Shown here one piece after another: positions 29,186 to 40,531 of a stretch of DNA of 64,000 nucleotides. Made by a program: the position numbers and the translations under genes. The DNA is taken from contig CAVTRI010000004.1 of assembly GCA_963737075.1 (NCBI GenBank), positions 65,695-129,694 of the forward strand. The letters run 5' to 3'. The DNA is from an uncultured Actinomycetota bacterium. GTDB taxonomy: Bacteria; Actinomycetota; Acidimicrobiia; Acidimicrobiales; Palsa-688. The stretch's first letter is position 1. Each line of letters begins with the position of its first letter. The notes under the pieces were generated by a model, which was not told the DNA's origin, did not search any database, and was given only the letters and a program-made list of their open reading frames with translations.

Positions 29186-31621
29186 ATGACTGACGTCACC
29201 ACGCCGCCCACCCCGACCGAGAACGCTCCGCTGCCCGCCGACGAGCTCGCCCTCGTCGACGCCTATTGGCGGGCGGCGAACTACCTTTCGGTCGGACAGA
29301 TCTACCTGCTCGACAACCCGCTGCTGCGCGAGCCGCTGCGTCTCGAGCACATCAAGCCGCGGTTGCTCGGCCACTGGGGCACGACTCCCGGGCTGAACTT
29401 CATTTACGCGCACATGAACCGGGTGATCCGGCGCGAGGACCTCGACGCCATCTACGTGACCGGCCCCGGTCACGGCGGCCCCGCGCTCGTGGCCAACGTG
29501 TATCTCGAGGGCACCTACAGCGAGATCTACCCCCACATCGGCCACCACGAGGAGGGGCTGGGACGCCTCTTCCGGCAGTTCTCGTTCCCCGGCGGGATCC
29601 CCAGCCACGTCGCCCCGGAGACACCAGGGTCGATCAACGAGGGCGGCGAGCTCGGCTACTCGCTCGCGCACGCCTACGGGGCGGCGTTCGACAACCCCGA
29701 CCTGCTGGTCTGCTGCGTCGTCGGCGACGGAGAGGCCGAGACCGGCCCGCTGGCGGGAAGCTGGCACTCGAACAAATTCCTCAACCCGATCACCGACGGC
29801 GCGGTGCTGCCGATCCTGCACCTGAACGGCTACAAGATCGCCAATCCGACCGTGCTCGCCCGCATCCCCGAGGACGAGTTACGTGCGCTGCTCGAAGGCT
29901 ACGGCTACGCGCCACGGTTCGTAAGCGGCTCGGAGCCACACGAGATGCATCAGCAGATGGCGGCGACGCTCGATGAGGTCATGAGCGAGATCTGTCGGCT
30001 TCAAGGCAACGCCCGCGAGCACAACGACCCGGCACGACCGCGCTGGCCGATGATCGTGCTGCGCACCCTCAAAGGGTGGACAGGCCCGAAGGAGGTCGAC
30101 GGCGTGCCCGTCGAGGGCACCTTCCGCGCCCACCAGGTCCCGCTCGCCGAGGTGCGTTCGAATCCGGATCACCTGCGACAGCTTGAGCGATGGATGCGCT
30201 CCTACCGACCCGAGGAGCTGTTCGACGACGCCGGGGCGCTGCGTCGGGACCTGGCAGGGTTGGTGCCCACCGGCGAGCGACGCATGGGGGCAAACCCGCA
30301 CGCAAACGGCGGGCTGCTGACACGCCCGCTCGAGCTGCCTGACTTTCGCGACTACGCGGTCGACGTGCCCGCCCCCGGGGCCGCGACGGCCGAGGCCACG
30401 CGCGTTCTGGGTGGGTTTCTGCGCGACGTGATCGCGCAGAATCCCAACAACTTTCGGCTGGTGGGGCCCGACGAGACGGTCTCCAACCGGCTGACCGCGG
30501 TGTTCGAGAAGACCAACCGCGCCTGGGACGCGGAGTGGGTGCCCGGCGATGACCATCTCGCCCCCGACGGGCGGGTGATGGAGATCCTCAGCGAGCACCT
30601 CTGCGAGGGCTGGCTCGAGGGCTACCTCCTGACCGGCCGCCACGGCCTGTTCAACTCCTACGAGGCGTTCACCCACATCGTGGACTCGATGTTCAACCAG
30701 CACGCCAAATGGCTGGAGACGACCAACAGGATCGCCTGGCGGCGACCGATCCCGTCGCTCAACTACCTGCTCTCCTCGCACGTCTGGCGCCAGGACCACA
30801 ACGGCTTCACCCATCAAGACCCCGGGTTCATCGACCACGTGCTCAACAAGAAGCCCAGCATCATCCGGGTCTACCTCCCGCCCGACGCCAATTGCCTGCT
30901 GTCGACCGCCGACCACTGCCTGCGCAGCGTCCAATACGTCAACGTGATCGACATCGGCAAGCAACCCGCCCTGCAGTACCTGACGATGGACGAGGCGATC
31001 ATGCACTGCACGCGTGGCATCGGCATCTGGGAATGGGCCAGTAACGCCGACGGTAAACCCGATGTGGTGCTCGCCTGCGCGGGCGACGTGCCGACGCTCG
31101 AGACGGTCGCGGCGGCGGCGCTCCTACGCGAGCACCTGCCCGATCTGCGCGTGCGGGTGATCAACGTCGTCGACCTGATGCGCCTCGCGCCCGAGTCAGA
31201 CCATCCGCACGGACTGCCCGATGCCGAATTCGATGCACTATTCACCCGTGACCGCCCAATCATCTTCGCCTACCACGGCTATCCGTGGCTGATCCATCGC
31301 CTCACGTATCGGCGCACCAACCACGATGGGATGCACGTGCGCGGCTACAAAGAAGAGGGCACCATAACCACCCCCTTCGACATGGTCATGATGAACGACC
31401 TCGACCGCTTCCACCTCGTGATGGATGTCATCGACCGCGTGCCCGGTCTGCCCGAGCGGGCCGCCGCCCTCCGTCAGCACATGGGCGACGAGCGCCTGCG
31501 CCACCGGGCCTACACCCGGCAGGTGGGCGACGACCCCCCCGACGTCCATGACTGGGTATGGCCGGGATCGCACTTCCCGCCTGGCGCGCCGACGGCCAGC
31601 CCGGACAGCCGGCCGGTGTAA
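29186..31621 (+). CDS. xfp: xylulose-5-phosphate/fructose-6-phosphate phosphoketolase
   Basis: 811 aa with GAGGAG RBS. Contains [59 protein letters not shown] and [11 protein letters not shown]. Confidence 0.9.
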   Translation: MTDVTTPPTPTENAPLPADELALVDAYWRAANYLSVGQIYLLDNPLLREPLRLEHIKPRLLGHWGTTPGLNFIYAHMNRVIRREDLDAIYVTGPGHGGPALVANVYLEGTYSEIYPHIGHHEEGLGRLFRQFSFPGGIPSHVAPETPGSINEGGELGYSLAHAYGAAFDNPDLLVCCVVGDGEAETGPLAGSWHSNKFLNPITDGAVLPILHLNGYKIANPTVLARIPEDELRALLEGYGYAPRFVSGSEPHEMHQQMAATLDEVMSEICRLQGNAREHNDPARPRWPMIVLRTLKGWTGPKEVDGVPVEGTFRAHQVPLAEVRSNPDHLRQLERWMRSYRPEELFDDAGALRRDLAGLVPTGERRMGANPHANGGLLTRPLELPDFRDYAVDVPAPGAATAEATRVLGGFLRDVIAQNPNNFRLVGPDETVSNRLTAVFEKTNRAWDAEWVPGDDHLAPDGRVMEILSEHLCEGWLEGYLLTGRHGLFNSYEAFTHIVDSMFNQHAKWLETTNRIAWRRPIPSLNYLLSSHVWRQDHNGFTHQDPGFIDHVLNKKPSIIRVYLPPDANCLLSTADHCLRSVQYVNVIDIGKQPALQYLTMDEAIMHCTRGIGIWEWASNADGKPDVVLACAGDVPTLETVAAAALLREHLPDLRVRVINVVDLMRLAPESDHPHGLPDAEFDALFTRDRPIIFAYHGYPWLIHRLTYRRTNHDGMHVRGYKEEGTITTPFDMVMMNDLDRFHLVMDVIDRVPGLPERAAALRQHMGDERLRHRAYTRQVGDDPPDVHDWVWPGSHFPPGAPTASPDSRPV

Positions 31622-31628
31622 GTCCGCC

Positions 31629-32726
31629 GTGCGCATCCTCGTCGTCAACGCGGGATCGAGCAGCCTCAAGCTGCGACTGCTCGGACCCAACGACGAGAGC
31701 CTCGCCGAGCACGACCTCGACGCGCTGGAAACCGACGGCCAGGTTCGGAAGCTCGAAACGTTGATCGCAGGCTTGTCAGATGTTGACGCCGTGGGCCATC
31801 GCATCGTGCACGGCGGCGAACGGTTCGTGGGCCCGGTACTCATCGAGGCCGGAGTGGAGCAGGCGTTACGAGAGCTCACCGACCTCGCTCCGCTACACCA
31901 GGCCAAATCGCTCGCGGCGCTCGACGCCGTGAACGGGGCGCTTCCCGACACTCCCGCGGTGGCGTGCTTCGACACCGCGTTTCATGCCACCCTTCCGGCC
32001 GCAGCCTTCACCTACCCGGTGCCCGGGGATTGGCGCAGGCGCTGGGGCGTACGACGATACGGTTTCCACGGCCTCTCACACGCCTACGCTTCTCGGCGCT
32101 CCGCCGAGCTGCTCGGTCGCGACAGCGCACGGATTGTCACCTGCCACCTCGGCGCCGGCGCCTCGCTCGCCGCCGTGCGCGACGGACAGTCGGTCGAGAC
32201 AACCATGGGCTTCACGCCGCTCGACGGGCTGGTGATGGCCACCCGTTCGGGCAGCCTCGATCCCGGCCTCCTTCTATGGCTGCTCGAGCACGCACACGTC
32301 GACGAGGCCGACCTGGCCGGCACTCTCGAGCACAACTGCGGCCTGCGGGCGCTGGCGGGCACACCGGACATGCGGGAGGTTTTACGCCGACGAGAGGCGG
32401 GCGATGCCGAGGCCCACCTGGCGATCGAGGTCTATGTGCATCGCCTACGAGCCGAGATCGCCGCCATGACCGCCGCGCTGAGCGGTCTGGACGCGCTCGT
32501 CTTCACCGGTGGCGTCGGCGAACACTCGCCGCTGGTGCGCGAGCTTGCGTGTGCCGGGCTTGAGTTTCTGGGGGTGCGCATCGATCCAACCGCCAACGCC
32601 CGGGCCGACGGTGACCAAGATGTGTCCGCGGCGAAGTCCGCGGCCTCGGTGCTGGTGATCGCGGCCCGCGAGGATCTCGAGATCGCCCGAGGCGTGCGCG
32701 AGGTACTCGGCAAAGCTGCTCGATGA
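31629..32726 (+). CDS. ackA: acetate kinase
   Basis: GTG 31629. Reads VRILVVNAGSSSLKLRLL... Contains GHRIVHGG, CFDTAFHATLP, YGFHGLSHAY and TCHLGAGASL. The track ORF from 31425 overlaps the end of xfp and is an over-extension. Confidence 0.85.
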   Translation: MRILVVNAGSSSLKLRLLGPNDESLAEHDLDALETDGQVRKLETLIAGLSDVDAVGHRIVHGGERFVGPVLIEAGVEQALRELTDLAPLHQAKSLAALDAVNGALPDTPAVACFDTAFHATLPAAAFTYPVPGDWRRRWGVRRYGFHGLSHAYASRRSAELLGRDSARIVTCHLGAGASLAAVRDGQSVETTMGFTPLDGLVMATRSGSLDPGLLLWLLEHAHVDEADLAGTLEHNCGLRALAGTPDMREVLRRREAGDAEAHLAIEVYVHRLRAEIAAMTAALSGLDALVFTGGVGEHSPLVRELACAGLEFLGVRIDPTANARADGDQDVSAAKSAASVLVIAAREDLEIARGVREVLGKAAR

Positions 32727-32748
32727 CTTCAAGCCGGTGGCGCATTGC

Positions 32749-33597
32749 TCATCGGACGAACCCGCGTGTCCGAAGGCCGGCCACACTGACGCCGGCCCGG
32801 AACAGCGACCCTGCCATCGGGTCGACCCCCGACGCGAGACCCTCTCGGGAGGTCGTGATGAACAGCTGGTCCAGGTGCCGGCCTCCGAACGTGCAGGCGG
32901 TGACCTTCTTGACGGGTAGCTCGACCACTTCGTCCAGGACGCCCGCGGGGGTGTAGCGCCGCACCGCTCCTCCCCCGTTGAGCGCCACCCAGACGCCCCC
33001 CGCCGTGTCGACCGTCAAGCCGTCGGGATGACCGCTTTCCGCCGGGATCTCGGCGAGCATTCTCGGCTCGGTCAATCCCTGTTCGCGGTCGTATTTGAAT
33101 ACCGCCACCTGCTGGGTCGGCGTGTCGATGTAGTAGCAGCGCCGGCCATCGGGACTCCAGTCGAGGCCGTTCGATTCGGTGACGCCCTGCAGCGCCACGG
33201 TAACTCCGCCACCGGGGTCAAGCCGGTACAGGGCTCCGGCTCCGGGCCGTTTGTCGTAGGCCATCGAGCCGCAATAGAAGCGCCCGTCGGGATCGCAGCC
33301 GCCCTCGTTCATGCGCACGGTCTCGTCGGTCCAGATCGGATCCAGCGGCTCGAGCGTCCCGTCGGCCGCCTCGAGCGCGAAGCCGCGCTCGACGCCGATC
33401 ACGGCACCGCCGCCTTGGCGAGGCCGCAGCGCGGCGGCGATCGCGCCCACATGACGCCGGTCGATGTTGCCGTCGTGTTGAAGCGAAAGGACGTCACCCG
33501 CCAGCATGTCGACCCACCGCAGGCCACCCCACCGCTCTGACCAGACGGGCCCCTCACCGTGGTAGGCGACCGGGTCGGTGATTTGCTCAGTCCGCAC
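32749..33597 (-). CDS. SMP-30/gluconolactonase/LRE family lactonase, copy 1
   Basis: 282 aa. Contains EGPVWSERWGGLRWVDMLAGDV, MNEGGCDPDGRFYCGSM, SNGLDWSPDG and PDGLTVDTAGGVWVA. Confidence 0.8.
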   Translation of the reverse strand: MRTEQITDPVAYHGEGPVWSERWGGLRWVDMLAGDVLSLQHDGNIDRRHVGAIAAALRPRQGGGAVIGVERGFALEAADGTLEPLDPIWTDETVRMNEGGCDPDGRFYCGSMAYDKRPGAGALYRLDPGGGVTVALQGVTESNGLDWSPDGRRCYYIDTPTQQVAVFKYDREQGLTEPRMLAEIPAESGHPDGLTVDTAGGVWVALNGGGAVRRYTPAGVLDEVVELPVKKVTACTFGGRHLDQLFITTSREGLASGVDPMAGSLFRAGVSVAGLRTRGFVR

Positions 33598-33621
33598 GGG
33601 CCCGCCCGAGAGAAGAGATCG

Positions 33622-35073
33622 TCATCGGTAGCGCAGGTGCCAGCGGTACGGGGCGACAAGCTGTTCACTCGCCGCGGGGCCCCACGAGCCGCGGGCATAA
33701 GGCAGCGGGCTGGGAGGCTGCTTCAGGAGCGGGTCCGACACCTGCCACAGCCGCTCGATCCCCGTCGCACTGGTGAACAGCGTTTGGTCTCCGAGCATCG
33801 CGTCGTGGAGCAGGCGCTCGTAGCCTTCGAGCTCATGGGCGATGTCGAACGATTCTCTGTAGCGAAAGGTCAGCGACGCGGGAGCAAGGTCCATCGTCGC
33901 TCCCGGCTCCTTGGCCAGAAAGTCGATCCCGATCACGCCGGGCTCTGACAGTTCGAAGGAGATCCTATTTGATCCGGCAGCGACTGCGCCGCCGGGGACC
34001 GCGAACAGGCGGTCAGGAGCCTGATGGAACCCCAGCGTGACAGTCTGTCGGCTCTGCGCAAGCGCCTTGCCGGTGCGCACGTGGAAGGGGACCCCGTGCC
34101 AGCGCTCGTTGTCGATCAGCACCTCGAGCGCGGCGAACGTCTCCACCGTCGAGTCGGCCGCCACCCCGGGCTCCGAGCGGTAGCCGTCGTACTGGCCGTA
34201 CACCACGCGCCCCGGGCTGAGCGGCTTGAGCGCGTCGAACACCTTCCCAGCCGCCTGGCGAAGAGACGTCGCGTCCAGGCGGCTCGGCGGCTCCATGGCG
34301 ATGAAGCCGAGCAGGTGAAAGAGGTGCGTCACGACCATGTCGCGGAAGGTTCCAGTCTGCTCGAAGAAGCCGGCTCGGCCTTCGATCGTCAGTTGCTCGG
34401 GGACGTCGATCTGCACATAGGCGATGTGCCGGCGGTTCCAGACCGGTTCGAACAGTCCGTTTGAGAAGCGAAACGCGAGGATATTCTGTACGGGCTCCTT
34501 GCCGAGGAAGTGGTCGATACGGAAGATCCGCGACTCCCCGAGCACGGAGTGCAAGATTTTGTCGAGGGCCCGCGCCGAGGGCAGGTCGTGCCCAAACGGC
34601 TTCTCGACGATCAGTCGTGCCCGCTGGCCCAGACCCGATGCCCCCAGCATCGACACCATCGGCACGAAGGCGTCGGGCGGCACCGCGAGGTGAAACAGTC
34701 GGCGTGCATCGCCGCCGAGGTCCGCCTCGGCAGCGGCCAGAGCGTGCACGAGCGGATCGGGTTCGTCCGCAGAGGCCGTCGCGAACAGCAGGTTCTCGGC
34801 AAAGGGCACCCAGTTGTTGTCGGTGACCTCGCGGCGACCGAACTGGCGCACAGCCTCGCGCACATGAGCACGGAAACCGCGGGTGTCCCGATCCCGCCCA
34901 GGCCGGCCGCAGCCGATGATCCGATAGCGCTCGGGCATCAAACCGGCGACGGCGAGATGAAACAGGCCCGGCAGCAACTTGCGGGTGGCCAGGTTGCCGG
35001 TCGCGCCGAACAGAACAAGCACCTGGTCGGCGGGCCGCGCGGGCGCCGGTCGGGGTGAGCCGGGCGTGCTCAC
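33622..35073 (-). CDS. zwf: glucose-6-phosphate dehydrogenase
   Basis: 483 aa. Contains LFGATGNLATRKLLPGL, EKPFGHDLPSA and the canonical signature RIDHFLGKEPVQN. Confidence 0.85.
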   Translation of the reverse strand: MSTPGSPRPAPARPADQVLVLFGATGNLATRKLLPGLFHLAVAGLMPERYRIIGCGRPGRDRDTRGFRAHVREAVRQFGRREVTDNNWVPFAENLLFATASADEPDPLVHALAAAEADLGGDARRLFHLAVPPDAFVPMVSMLGASGLGQRARLIVEKPFGHDLPSARALDKILHSVLGESRIFRIDHFLGKEPVQNILAFRFSNGLFEPVWNRRHIAYVQIDVPEQLTIEGRAGFFEQTGTFRDMVVTHLFHLLGFIAMEPPSRLDATSLRQAAGKVFDALKPLSPGRVVYGQYDGYRSEPGVAADSTVETFAALEVLIDNERWHGVPFHVRTGKALAQSRQTVTLGFHQAPDRLFAVPGGAVAAGSNRISFELSEPGVIGIDFLAKEPGATMDLAPASLTFRYRESFDIAHELEGYERLLHDAMLGDQTLFTSATGIERLWQVSDPLLKQPPSPLPYARGSWGPAASEQLVAPYRWHLRYR

Positions 35074-35756
35074 GTCGAACCGGGGCTCACAGGCAGCCCG
35101 TCCTCAAGCGAGACGATCGCGTAGTCGGCGCCGGCGTCGCTCAGCTGCTGGACGTTGAAGTGGTGGCTGCCGACGCCGACGCACTGAATTCCCGCGGCGT
35201 GCGCGCCCTCGACATCGTGAGGCGTGTCGCCGACCACAAGCGCCTGCTCGGGCGTGAGGGTCTCGCCGTACACCACTTGGCCCCGCTTCAGCGCGGTCCT
35301 GGTCAGCTCGCCGCGATCGTTGGAGTCAGAGCCGTAGCCGCCGAAGGAGAAGAAGCGGTTCAGCCGCCCGCGATGCAGCTTGATGTGGGCGGCTGCCTCG
35401 AGGTTGCCGGTGACCAGTCCGAGCAGGTGGCCGTCCTCGATCAACTTGGGCAGCAGCTCTCGGACCCCGGGGAGCACCCGGTAGTCCTGTGACTCCTCCA
35501 CGGTCTGGTGAAGGTAGAAAAGGCGTCGCTCGAGCAGTCGGGTGAACTCCTTGCGCTCGGGTGGGCGATGAAGCACGGACTCGAAGGTCTTGCGGCCCAC
35601 GTCAGGGTCGGTCATGCCAGTGTCGGTGAACTGTCCGATGTCGGCTGGGATACCGTACAGCTCGTCGAACGCCATCCGCCACGAGGCAGCCCCGGCGCCA
35701 CCGGTGATGATCAGGGTGCCGTCGATGTCGAACAGGACCGCGATTCGGTCGGACAT
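35070..35756 (-). CDS. HAD-superfamily hydrolase (phosphatase)
   Basis: 228 aa. Contains VLFDIDGTLI, LVTGNL and VVGDTPHDVEGAHAAG. GTGA overlap with the zwf start. Confidence 0.7.
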   Translation of the reverse strand: MSDRIAVLFDIDGTLIITGGAGAASWRMAFDELYGIPADIGQFTDTGMTDPDVGRKTFESVLHRPPERKEFTRLLERRLFYLHQTVEESQDYRVLPGVRELLPKLIEDGHLLGLVTGNLEAAAHIKLHRGRLNRFFSFGGYGSDSNDRGELTRTALKRGQVVYGETLTPEQALVVGDTPHDVEGAHAAGIQCVGVGSHHFNVQQLSDAGADYAIVSLEDGLPVSPGST

Positions 35757-35777
35757 GTCAGCTCTCCAGCTTGCTCG

Positions 35778-36270
35778 TCATGGGGCAGGTTTCGCCGGGA
35801 TGCGTTCCTCGGTGCCCGGAACCTTGATCATCAGGTTGGGCCGGTCGACGCCGGCCCACAAGCGCCGCGCCGCGGCCACCGTGCCGGCCGTGTCGTGCGC
35901 CAACTCGGGCGAGACCTCCATGCTCACGTAGCCGTCGGCGGCGTTGGTCCCCTCGTAGACGTCGCGGAGCAGGTCTGCGGCCGCCTGCAGGTCCACGATG
36001 GCGAAGCCCTTCGTACACCGCCTTGACGTCCGGGGACGATGACGTATGGGCACTCGGCGAGAGCCTGGTCGTAGTCGGTGGAACCGACGATCGCCTTCTC
36101 GAAGATCGACGGGTTCGAAGTAAGGCCGTGAGCCCATCCTCACCTACCATTCGCTCGAACTCCCCAGACCTGAGCCGCGCACAGAGGATGTTGCCAAACC
36201 AGACGCCTTGACCGAGCGCGTGGATCTCGTTAATCCGACCCGTAGGGGGCAACTTGGACGTGGCCATCAA
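35778..36270 (-). pseudogene. tal: transaldolase, N-terminal half only, with three or more frameshifts
   Basis: Reads MATSKLPPTGRINEIHALGQGVWFGNI...GEDGLTAL / [21 protein letters not shown] / ...[42 protein letters not shown]...[11 protein letters not shown] across three frames. Homology stops after IKVPGTEE, directly against the HAD start codon, so the C-terminal roughly 200 codons are missing. Confidence 0.8.
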
Positions 36271-36364
36271 ACTCCCTTCAGCGCCCAGACCGCAGCGCTC
36301 GGCGGGTTACAAAGCGAGGCAAGCTCGGACACACCACCGTCAGTCGACACGCGAGGCACCCGCA

Positions 36365-37405
36365 TCAGTAGAAACGCTCCGGATCGACGCGGCCGACCAG
36401 CGGCTGACCGCTGACATAGAGGCGCAGGTTCTCGCAGAACAACTCGATGATGCGCTGGTTTTCGTGTACGGACAAGGCAGCGGTGTGCAGGCTGACGAGC
36501 ACGTTCGGTAGATCCCACAACGGACTGTCAAAGGGGAGCGGCTCTGTGGCAAAGACGTCGAGGGCAGCGCCGCTCAGTCGTTTCTGGCGCAGCGCCTGCA
36601 CCAACGCCGGCTCGTCGATTACCTGGCCACGGCCGACGTTGACCAGGATGGCGCCCGGTTTGATCTGCTCGAACGCGGCGGCGTCGAGCAGTCCGCGCGT
36701 CTCCTCGGTCAGCGGCAGCGTGACTACGAGCGCGTCGATCCGTCCCAGCACGCCATGTAGGCCGTCGGTCGCATACACCTCGTCGATGTGCGGAGAGTCA
36801 CTCTCGCCGCGCCGGTTGATGCCGATCGTCTGCATCCCAAGCGCCTTGACGCGACGGGCGACCTCCGTTCCGATCGCACCCAAACCCAGCACCAGGACGG
36901 TGCCACCGCGCAACTCCCCCACGGGATAGTGGTCCCAGTGGTGCGCTCGCTGATCGGCCTGAAGGCGTGGTACGCCTCTGGCAAAATAAAGCAGCCCCAA
37001 CAGACAGAACTCCGCCAACGGCCCCCCATGCACACCGATGGCCCTCGTGATCACGACCCGCCTAAGGTCGGCGTCGCTTAGCCCGGCCGCCTTGACTTGC
37101 TCGCCCGTGCCATCCGCGGTCCCCTGCACCCACCGTAGGCCCGGGTTACGTCGCACCACTGCCGCCAAGCCCTCCGGCGAGTCGCCTGGAAGGCCGAAGA
37201 GCACCTCGGCCCTGTCGAGCAGCTCCTCCCACCGGCGCTGCGCATCGAGGTCGCGATGAAAGCCATCGACTCCGCGATGATCCCCGGGGTATCGCACCGG
37301 AGGCAGCAGATCCGGCTCGTACAACACCTCGATTCCCTCGCCGACGGCACGCACCAGTTTGACCAGCGCCGCGTCCATTGGCGTTGCAATAGTCACAGTG
37401 ACCAC
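36365..37405 (-). CDS. D-isomer-specific 2-hydroxyacid dehydrogenase family protein
   Basis: 346 aa. Contains VLVLGLGAIGTEVARRVKALGM, LVNVGRGQVIDEPALVQAL, AALDVFATEPLP and VLVSLHTAA. Confidence 0.8.
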   Translation of the reverse strand: MVTVTIATPMDAALVKLVRAVGEGIEVLYEPDLLPPVRYPGDHRGVDGFHRDLDAQRRWEELLDRAEVLFGLPGDSPEGLAAVVRRNPGLRWVQGTADGTGEQVKAAGLSDADLRRVVITRAIGVHGGPLAEFCLLGLLYFARGVPRLQADQRAHHWDHYPVGELRGGTVLVLGLGAIGTEVARRVKALGMQTIGINRRGESDSPHIDEVYATDGLHGVLGRIDALVVTLPLTEETRGLLDAAAFEQIKPGAILVNVGRGQVIDEPALVQALRQKRLSGAALDVFATEPLPFDSPLWDLPNVLVSLHTAALSVHENQRIIELFCENLRLYVSGQPLVGRVDPERFY

Positions 37406-37786
37406 GCTCAGCGCTACAACCCCCCTGCGTTCGAGCCAGGGAACGAATCACCACATCGCTGCCGCCTGGGAGCACAGCGTAGGCGCACTATACTGTCCCT
37501 CCCCCCGTCCAACCAGCAGTCTGGCGGAACGTCAAGTGGTCGAAGCGCCCGAGCGAGCGCCACCACCTTGCCCGTGCGGTAGCCATCGTCGATGCGCCTC
37601 AGCGATGCACCGACCCCGCGATCCCGAGGCGAACGCGGACGGAAGGTGCCCGAGCTCACGAGAGACTCGCGAGCTCGATGAGCCCACATTTAGTCTGCGC
37701 AGAGCGCCCACGTTCGAACAGCCGCCGGCGCCTGTTCGTCAGCTTCAGGCTTGAGGGGCGGGCCAACACCCTGCGACAGTCCAGGC

Positions 37787-37939
37787 ATGACCGCAGCACG
37801 CCTCAACAACCATCATCGGAACACGCTGGAGAAGATCTTCAGCCGCTCGTCGAGCGGCAATATCGAATGGCGAGAAGTGCTGCTCTCACTGGCGGCGATC
37901 GGCACCACTGCCGAGGAGGATCGGCGCTCGTGGTGCTGA
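37787..37939 (+). CDS. small conserved hypothetical protein, probably C-terminally truncated
   Basis: Reads MTAARLNNHHRNTLEKIFSRSSSGNIEWREVL... This resembles a widespread actinobacterial family (NSHHRDT.EKIF.HP.SGNIEWREV) whose members are about twice as long. Confidence 0.35.
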   Translation: MTAARLNNHHRNTLEKIFSRSSSGNIEWREVLLSLAAIGTTAEEDRRSWC

Positions 37940-38154
37940 CCGATGTGCCTCGCGATCACCCAGGCGACGCGGCCGCCTGCGCCGTTAGCCATACGTCGCC
38001 GGCCCCAATCTGCGACCGCCGTAAGATCGCAGCGTACAGCCGCCTGACGATGACGGCACGCACGGTCGAGACGATTTGTAGCCCTCCATTTTGGGCGCTC
38101 GCTGTGGTGGAAGGTATTGTGTTTATCGTCTGGTTTTGTGCCAAGGAGGGTGTC

Positions 38155-38626
38155 GTGCGCACGAGCCGAGTGGTGACTCTGGCTGCCCTCTACGGCGCGG
38201 GAGGCACCGTCGCGGCCCGCGGGTCGCCGAACGGCTCGGCGTCCCGTTCCTCGATCGTGCGATCCCGAGTTCGGGCGCGAAACGCGCGTGTCTTCTCGAG
38301 GCGGCGGTCACAGAGGCGGACGACGAGCCCCGGAGCCACTGGAACCGGACTCGAACCCCTCACCCGAACCTCGCCCCCGAGCGGAGCCTCGGGGGCGAAG
38401 GTTCGAACGACTCGACCTAGAGAGCCGTACGCTCCACGGCGAGATCGAGCGATTGACCGCGCGCGGCGGGACGACGTGAGGAGCGTCTACGGGGTCGACG
38501 GTGAACAACCCCGCGCTCTTCCACCTGATGACCGTCGCGATCTCACTCGGCGTCGACGTCTGGGCCAATGTGATCGTGGCCGGGAGGGAGTCGCTCACCG
38601 GAGATCCCACGCCGGCCCCGGCGTGA
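38155..38626 (+). pseudogene. cytidylate-kinase-like family protein, copy 2, heavily frameshifted
   Basis: AAGGAGG then GTG 38155. Fragments VVTLAALYGAGGTV / GPRVAERLGVPFLDRAIP / ..YGVDGEQP..LFHLM.. are spread over three frames and are colinear with the intact copy at 24798-25490. Confidence 0.7.
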
Positions 38627-38636
38627 GACCGTAACT

Positions 38637-40421
38637 GTGCTCACACCTCGCGACACGGAGACGCGGGAGCGCAAGTCCCTGGACGGGCTCTGGCGCTTCG
38701 CGCTCGACGCCGATGGACGCGGCCGGCAGGAGGGATGGTGGAAGCAGCCGCTGGTGGGCGCGCAGGAGATACCCGTCCCGGCCAGCTTCAACGACATCTT
38801 CGCCGCCGCCGAAATGCACAACTACGTCGGTGACGTCTGGTATCAGGTCGCCGGGCGGGTCCCCAAGCGGTGGCGAGAAGAGAGGATCGTTCTCCGCTTC
38901 GATGCCGCCACGCACAGCGCCGTCGTCTGGGTCGGCGACACGCAAGCGATGGAACACGAGGGCGGCTACACGCCGTTCGAGAAGGACATCACCGATCTCG
39001 TCGAGCCGGGTGAGGAGATCCAGATCACCGCCGTGGTCAGCAACGTCCTCACCTGGCACACGATCCCACCCGGACTCGTCGATGAGGCGGGCGGCGGCCG
39101 GCGGCAGCAGCTCTTCCACGACTTCTTCAACTACGCCGGCCTGCACCGGACTGTTTGGCTCTACACGACGCCCCGCTCGTACATCGAGGACGTGACTGTC
39201 GTCACCGCCCTGAACGGCCGTAGCGGAACCGTGCGCTACGAAATCGAGACGAGTGGCGAGGGCGACGTCGTCGTCGGCGTCAGGCTTCGCGACGCCGCCG
39301 GAGCCGAGGTCGCAAGAGCGACCGGTTCCTCCGGCGAACTGAATGTCGACGGCGTCCGGCCGTGGCAGCCTTGCGAGGGCTACCTCTACGAACTCAGGGT
39401 GGAGCTTCGCGGTGCGGACGGTAGCCTCGTCGACACATACTCGGTGCCGGTCGGCATCCGGAGTGTTCGGATCGACGGGTCCCGCTTCCTGATCAACGAA
39501 GAGCCCTTCTACTTTCGAGGCTTCGGCAAGCACGAGGACGCCGCGGTGCGCGGGAAAGCCCACGACAACGCCTTCATGGTCCACGACTTCGCGCTGCTGG
39601 AGTGGCTCGGCGCCAACTCGTTCCGCACGTCCCATTACCCCTACGCCGAGGAGGTGCTCGAGTACGCCGACCGGCACGGCGTCGTCGTCATCGATGAGAC
39701 GCCCGCAGTGGGGATCAACAGCGGCCTCGCCGCCGGTGCCTTCGGTGCCGCGCCTCACACCACGTTCTCCGACGACACGATCAATGCGGTGACGCAGGAC
39801 GCGCACCGGCGGGCGATCCGCGAGCTAATCGGGCGCGACAAGAACCATCCGTGCGTCGTCCTCTGGAGCATCGCCAACGAGCCGGAGTCGGTGACGCCCG
39901 AGTCGCGCCGCGTACTTCGAGCCGCTCGCAGCCGAGGCGCGCCGGCTCGATCCGACGCGCCCGATCGGCTTCGCCAACGTCATGGGGTCGACTCCCGATC
40001 GCGACGTGATCACCGACCTCTTCGACGTCGTGATGCTCAACCGCTACTACGGCTGGTACGTGAGCCCGGGTGATCTCGTGTCGGCCGAGCGCGCCCTGGA
40101 AGCGGAACTGGCCGCCTGGGCCGGCACGTACGACAAGCCGATCGTGTTCACGAATACGGCGCGGACACCTTTCCGGGCGTGCACGACGTTGTGCCGGTCC
40201 CGTGGACGGAGGAGTACCAGGCCGAGCTGCTCGCGATGTTCCACCGCGTCTTCGACCGCTTCGACGCCGTCGTCGGCGAGCACGTGTGGAACTTCGCCGA
40301 CTTCGCCACTGCTCCCGGCGTGATGCGCGTCGACGGCAACAAGAAGGGAGTCTTCACCCGCGAGCGACGACCGAAGGCGGCCGTACACCTGCTGCGCCGG
40401 CGCTGGCGCGCCGGCTCGTGA
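38637..40421 (+). pseudogene. uidA: beta-glucuronidase (GH2), copy 2, two or more indels
   Basis: Reads MLTPRDTETRERKSLDGLWRF...WSIANEPESVTPESR. A +1 insertion at about 39905 gives the next frame YFEPLAAEARRLDPTRPIGFANV...YDKPIVFT. A -1 at about 40152 lies inside the nucleophile motif (TEYG reads TNTA). The frame then returns: ...[19 protein letters not shown]...[14 protein letters not shown]. Confidence 0.85.
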
Positions 40422-40531
40422 CCGAGATCGCCTATCCGCTGACCGAGAAGGCGTTCCTCCCGATGGTGGCCGAACTGGCGGAGGGGCGCGCGGTACGAGC
40501 GGCCTTCGGGCCGGAGGTCGCTCCCCTGTGA
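40418..40531 (+). pseudogene. last ~37 codons of a GPH symporter (remnant)
   Basis: [26 protein letters not shown]... matches the C-terminus of the intact symporter (..MLAYPLTENAFRRMVAEIAERHAA..). The rest of the gene is absent between uidA copy 2 and lactonase copy 2. Confidence 0.6.

Noticed and set aside
30154-30167. tRNA T-arm-like string GCGTTCGAATCCGG.
   Set aside because: It lies inside the well-supported xfp reading frame. No acceptor, D or anticodon arms can be built around it.
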